Positions 44,601-49,220 of a stretch of DNA of 49,220 nt are shown here, in pieces. The notes beneath the pieces were generated by a model. It made no database searches. It was not told where the DNA came from and saw only the letters and a list, made by a program, of their open reading frames with translations. Every line of letters begins with the position of its first letter. The stretch's first letter is position 1. Both the position numbers and the translations under genes were made by a program. This DNA comes from Rhizaria sp. SCN 62-66 (Eukaryota). The stretch spans positions 62,001 through 111,220 of the forward strand of contig MEDY01000045.1 in NCBI GenBank assembly GCA_001724265.1, written 5' to 3'.

Positions 44601-47600
44601 AACTCGCAAAACTGGATAGCAGCAGTGACGTTACCGTTGCGAACGTCATCCTCGGTGCCTTTGTCACAACAGGAGTTGGTGCTCTCTCAGCACTTCTTTC
44701 AGCCGACGCTGGGAAAGATGCCAACAGTACCAGCTGCCCGTTATGTATGTTATTCGCGCCGATCAGCATCCGTGCTGCTGACTACAGCGGCAGTACGGGA
44801 CGAGGCGTCCCGGTCGGCGGTGACGACATTAGCGACGCTGCGAGCGTCAGCACCTCGAGCAGCTTTGCCCACCACGGCCATGGCCACCTTGCGCATGGCC
44901 ATGGCAACTCGCCGAGTCCGTTGGTGATGGGAGCTGTTGTCGGTGACGCTGTGGGCCGCCGCTGCATCACGCCGATGACCGACTCGGACGTCACCGACGT
45001 TGACACCGACAGCGCGTCCACAACAGCGACCAGCACGACGAACTCGAGTGCGAGTGCCAACGCGGGGATGCTCGCTGTTCCTGTGACAGCAGGCAGCAGC
45101 GTCATCCGGACCATGCCGATGCCGCTTGTCGCGAAGAAGCAGAGTCGGACTAGCACGTCCATGACGACACTCGCATCGGGGGCAGCCGCAGCGTCTACCC
45201 CGCCTGTTCTCACCCAAAGCGGCAGCTTTACTGGCTTTGCATTTGCATCCGCGTCGGGGTCTGCCGCCCACAGCCCGAGCACTAACACTGCGGCGACGGG
45301 CGCGCTCACAGCCGCGGGCACCGCGGTCGGCACGCGCGCCAGCTCGCCGATCGTGACGCACCTCGGTGGCCCACTCACGGGCAGTTTGAGTGGCAGTTTC
45401 ACGGGTGTCGGTTCTAGCGTCGGATTAAGCACCGGTGGTTACAAGCCGCGGTCGCCGGCAACTGCGACTGCGTCAACTGCGCTGAATATGTACGGTGACA
45501 ACCAACAGCAACAGCAGCCGAACAACGGCAGTAGTAGTGCAAGCGTAGCTCCTGGTGCCTCTGCGGTCGAGCTTGCGCTCCGATCACTCGTGGCCGCGGT
45601 CACGACGGCGGGTCAGCCGAACTTCTTGCAGTCTCTGGGTGACTTTGTTGCAGCCACTGAGACGCAGCAGGGTGTGGGCGATGATAGCCACGACGAGGCG
45701 TCGGACTTTGGCTCCTCAGGCGTTCTCACAGCGTCGTTTGTGCCGCTGCCATCGACGGTGTCGTCGTCGCCCCCGTCGATGACGTCGGTGCTCAAGGCTG
45801 GAGGAGGAACATACACTTCTCCTGCGGGCACGTACGCGTCGCCTGCTGGCACTTACACATCGCCCGGCGGCGCTTACACGTCGATGTCGATGGGTGGTGC
45901 GCATGCAGCTCCGCTTGCAGTTCCTACATACGCAACTCCTGCTTCGACAGCCAACGGCACTGCTGCCAGCAACAGCAGTGGACAACTCTCCCAAAAGCCT
46001 CTCACTTCGTCTGCCACTGCGACTTTTTCAACACCCTCGTCATCGTCCGCGCCCGCGTCCGCCGCTGCGGCAGCAACTGCGTCTGCGTCGGCGAGTGGTG
46101 GCAACAGCGCAGCATTTGCCGGTCTCTGGGCGGACGCCTCCGCGCCAGCTTTGTCGCCCGCTGCCGCCGCCTCTGCCGCCACGAGCGCTGGTCTCGAATC
46201 GCAGTCTCTGCCCATCTTGCTTGCACTTGCGTCCCGAGCACGCGCCGTCGCCGCCGTGGCATCGGCTGCAGTGACGCTTGCGACTGCGGACGCCGACGCG
46301 CGCGCACACTTTGCGTCCGTGTCGGCCCTGTTTACGGTGCTCAAGGAAACGTCGTTGTTGGAACAAACAGAAGGAAACAACAGGCCGCTGGTGACCGTAA
46401 GTACGCTGTATGAAGCTGTGACTACCGTGATCGCGAGCAAGGTCAGGGCCAAGGCTGCGTGTCTTGGACTCTGCTCGAGCAACAACCTCGGCGGGACAGA
46501 GGGCACTACGAGCTCTAGCTTCGGATTCAACTCTCCACAACAGCAGCAGCAAATGCGGCAGGGTGAAGAACAAGGAGTGGGCGCTCTCGCGGTTGGTGCC
46601 GCTGTCAGCGGCTGGAAGGCAATCACAACAGACCATTTACTTCAGCAGCTGCCGCTAACATTTGTATCTGCGCCATCAAATCCTGCACCGACAGGGCTGA
46701 AAACCCCTTCCAAGAGTGCGGGACTCAAGTCCTCCGCAAAGGGTGGCTCTGCCTCTGACGCCGCCATTGCTGCTGACCTTGCTTCAATCAACGGCCTCGT
46801 CACTGCGGCCGAGTCTGCACTGGCGGTGATCTCCTGGGAGCTCGTCGGGCGCCTGCACTCGAAGCGCGAAGCCGCAGTCGCTGACGCTGCTGCGAAGTGT
46901 GCGGCTGCGCTATGCTCAGCCGCCATCACCGCCAATAGCGGTGGTATAGATGTCAGTGCGAGCGACAGCAACCGCTACGGTGACTCGTCCGTGCTGTCAC
47001 CCCAGCATATGTTCAGTATGTCTGACTCCGAGAGTGACACCACTACTGAGTCGACCTCGACGACGGTGGCGAAGATTTCCACGCCGGAGACGAAGGCGGC
47101 AGTGGCGACGGCTCGCGCGTTTGCAACTTTGCTGTCAGCCACTCCCGCATCGTTGTTATGGGACACTATTACTGCGGCCGCTGACGTCTTCAGTCGCACG
47201 GTTGCAGCAGGCCGTATCAGTGCTGCGGCACTCGCAGATGTCATCGCACATTGCAGCTCAAGTGGTAACATTACCGATTGTGGTGTTGTTGTGGAGCGTG
47301 TCTACGCGAGCACGAATGGTCGCGGAGGACTCACTTGCGTCACGGCGGGTGGCGATTTCGCGAAGCTGCCAACGTACGTGCAACGCGGCCTAACTTCATA
47401 CCACCGCATAGTCACTGCTGCGCTCGTCACGACGCCCCTGCGCGTGTGGCAGCAGAGTCTGGGGCGCGAGTGTGGATTTTTCGGTCCCTGTCTCGGCGCG
47501 TGTCGTGGAAAGCTCGACTGCGGTGAGGTCCTCCCGGCTCTGCTGGAAGGGGTGATAAATAGCGAGGTCAATATCTCCACGGTGCACGCTGCGTCCCTGC

Positions 47601-48898
47601 TTCCGCTGACGTCCCCTCAGTTTGCGACTCACGCGAACCGTGGTCGAAGTCTCAGTGGAGACCAGCTGCAGCAGGCCGAGGTGGCGACCCCGACGGATGT
47701 AAGCACTCCCGTGGGAGCGCACAACTCATCGAGTGTAAGCGCAATCAACTTGCAATCACCGCGGCCCCCACGCTCGCAATCACGCTATAACACAACTAAC
47801 ACGCACACGAGCGCCTCGACTCTTTTGGACACTAGCTCTCAATCGCAGCTGCAAGTGACTGCAAACACCACCGTTACAGTCGCACACTCTCTCTCCGGTG
47901 CGCTGCCTGCAGCCAACACCATGCGTCTCGGCTTCGGCCTGCGTCCGGATGTCCCGTCGTCCTCGCTGCGCCTCACCTTACGCCACCCGTCGACATCGAC
48001 GTCAACGACCCACGCGTCCACCGTTACCGCGGGTGAAAATGCTGACAGCGCTAGCAGCGGAGGCAACAATAGTGCTGTTTTTTCGTTTGGCGCCACTGCA
48101 GCGTCGGGTTCTGGCGCTTATGCCTACGGCGCTGAGGCTGCTGGTGGACTGGATGACCGCGGCAACCGCGTGCTGCAGTCGCACGATAAGCGCGTTGAGT
48201 GGGTCAACTTGTCGTATGATGGCGTTATTCACCCTTACACAGCGGTGTACTTAGAAGTGCAGTGGCTTTCTGCTGCAGGACCGACGATTGAGGAGCTGGT
48301 CAAGGTGCTCACGCGCAAGTCCAAGGCGTTGAGTGTGGTGCTTGTAAGGGTGCCTGCGCTGCAGCCTAACGCGGACGTCAGTGACCCACTGGCGCCGCAA
48401 CCGTTAACACTACCGCTGTCGCAAACTACAGACCTCACTGTCGCCGGCGTGCAGTCGTTCGCGGCTAGCTCAGTTGGCGCCGACAGCAACGGCGTCAGCG
48501 TCCTGCTTGAGTGCACTGGCAAGCGCGCCGCGCTCCTGCGTTGGCTACTCTCTGACGGAGGCTTTGTCCCTGATGCTGCGCCGCGCACGCCCTCGGTTCC
48601 CGGCGTAGCCACGCCTTCCGCGGCGGCCGCCACTGCCGTTGCCGCGGCGTCTGTTGCGGCCGGCACGACCGCAGGTGCTGGCGTGTTGTGCCAGGTCGTG
48701 CACAAGTCGGGCATCGCGGTGGTGCGTGTCACGCCCACGCAGGTTGTTTGGGTGCCCAACACGCTCGATGGCGCGTACGTTCAGGGCCATAATGGCGGTG
48801 TGCAGCTATTCAGGCGGTTCTTGCGGCAGTGGGAGCTGCTGGGGGAGTCTGTGACGGAGGACGAGCAGGAGGCATTGCTCGCAGAGACGCGACAGTAA
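29654..48898 (+). CDS. DEPDC5: DEPDC5/Iml1 GATOR1 (SEACIT) subunit; exons 29654-29870 and 29979-48898, ~6378 aa
   Basis: Family blocks in order. NTD: DIVLGP..MVGDVIRL and LELSIRGQHVGRADM. SABA: TRFVFRSRSC..MSPEMW, THKLTLVLCSRSF, GRCYQDHY, LLEAVNL..DRDLTKSGHQLVVVTAGTG, GVGVDVIALAPPPLHPAPL, PHWL. SHEN: WQTLSMPALMPL, ELVFQRQTQQFQLV, NWSHQDRLVSG. CTD: EWVNLSYD..LEVQWLSA and VHKSG. Exon 1 splices in frame to the 30065 ORF. Confidence 0.92.
29871..29978 (+). other. Spliceosomal intron, 108 nt, phase 1 (DEPDC5)
   Basis: CAG|GTACGTCT donor, CTAAC at 29935-29939, acceptor TCTGTAG. Contains an in-frame TGA at 29882-29884. Confidence 0.9.
32144..32173 (+). repeat. Coding triplet repeat (GCT)6(GCG)4 encoding Ala10; one example of many poly-Ala/Ser/Gln tracts in HYDIN and DEPDC5
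   Basis: Read directly from the sequence. Confidence 0.9.
45806..45883 (+). repeat. Coding 21-nt (heptapeptide) tandem repeat GTYTSPA-GTYASPA-GTYTSPG-GAYTS
   Basis: About 3.7 copies; amino acids conserved while third codon positions differ. Confidence 0.85.
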
Positions 48899-49206
48899 TA
48901 ACGCATCTTTGATTGCACCTACGTTTTAAATTCGACTTTCTGAAAATATAATTCCATAAGAAACAATACATAGAGTTAATATATTTATTTTCTTTAATAC
49001 TTCAACCCGTCAAATTACATAACTACTAGCCAGCATCCATGGTTATAGCTGCAAATTGTATAAAAACATCCGAGGATAGAAGACATTGTCTGCTGTAGTC
49101 CGCTGAAAATAGATAACATCATGTTACCGCCGACATTTAGCATAAAATACCAAGTCTCACAGGCTCAGACTGGGGCAAACACCACCCACGGTCGTTTCGG
49201 GGCGGG

Positions 49207-49215
49207 TATATAAAG
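49207..49215 (+). promoter_or_regulatory. Possible TATA box (TATATAAAG) of a gene beyond the window
   Basis: Canonical TATAWAW in a GC-rich context, preceded by GGGGCGGG. The downstream gene is not visible. Confidence 0.35.
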
Positions 49216-49220
49216 GTGGC

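Noticed and set aside
644-48898. Alternative genetic code or stop readthrough as a cause of the giant ORFs
   Set aside because: The ORFs are open under the standard code and genes end at TAA or TGA after plausible C-termini.
644-48898. The five genes as a functional cluster
   Set aside because: Their functions (Golgi 7TM, cilium, mitochondrial import, SCF, TORC1) are unrelated and orientations are mixed, which fits ordinary compact gene order.

Overview
Gene-dense eukaryotic DNA from a flagellated organism, probably a protist, with very GC-rich coding sequence, AT-richer spacers and introns, and the standard genetic code. Five protein genes are supported: a GPR107/GPR108-like 7TM protein (-), a giant HYDIN (+, ~7657 aa), a divergent Tom40-like beta-barrel (-), a divergent Skp1-like protein (-) and a giant DEPDC5/Iml1 GATOR1 subunit (+, ~6378 aa). 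Five coding-region GT-AG introns of 103-155 nt can be placed exactly, all with GTAYGY donors. No RNA genes, mobile elements or CRISPR arrays were seen. The most interesting signals are: 3'-splice-site-like structures just upstream of every start codon, mostly without a consensus donor (possible spliced-leader trans-splicing); RFX X-box-like motifs at HYDIN; kilo-residue insertions in DEPDC5; a stop-free in-frame intron in Tom40; and blocky codon composition inside giant exons. All homology calls rest on recalled family motifs, not on database searches.
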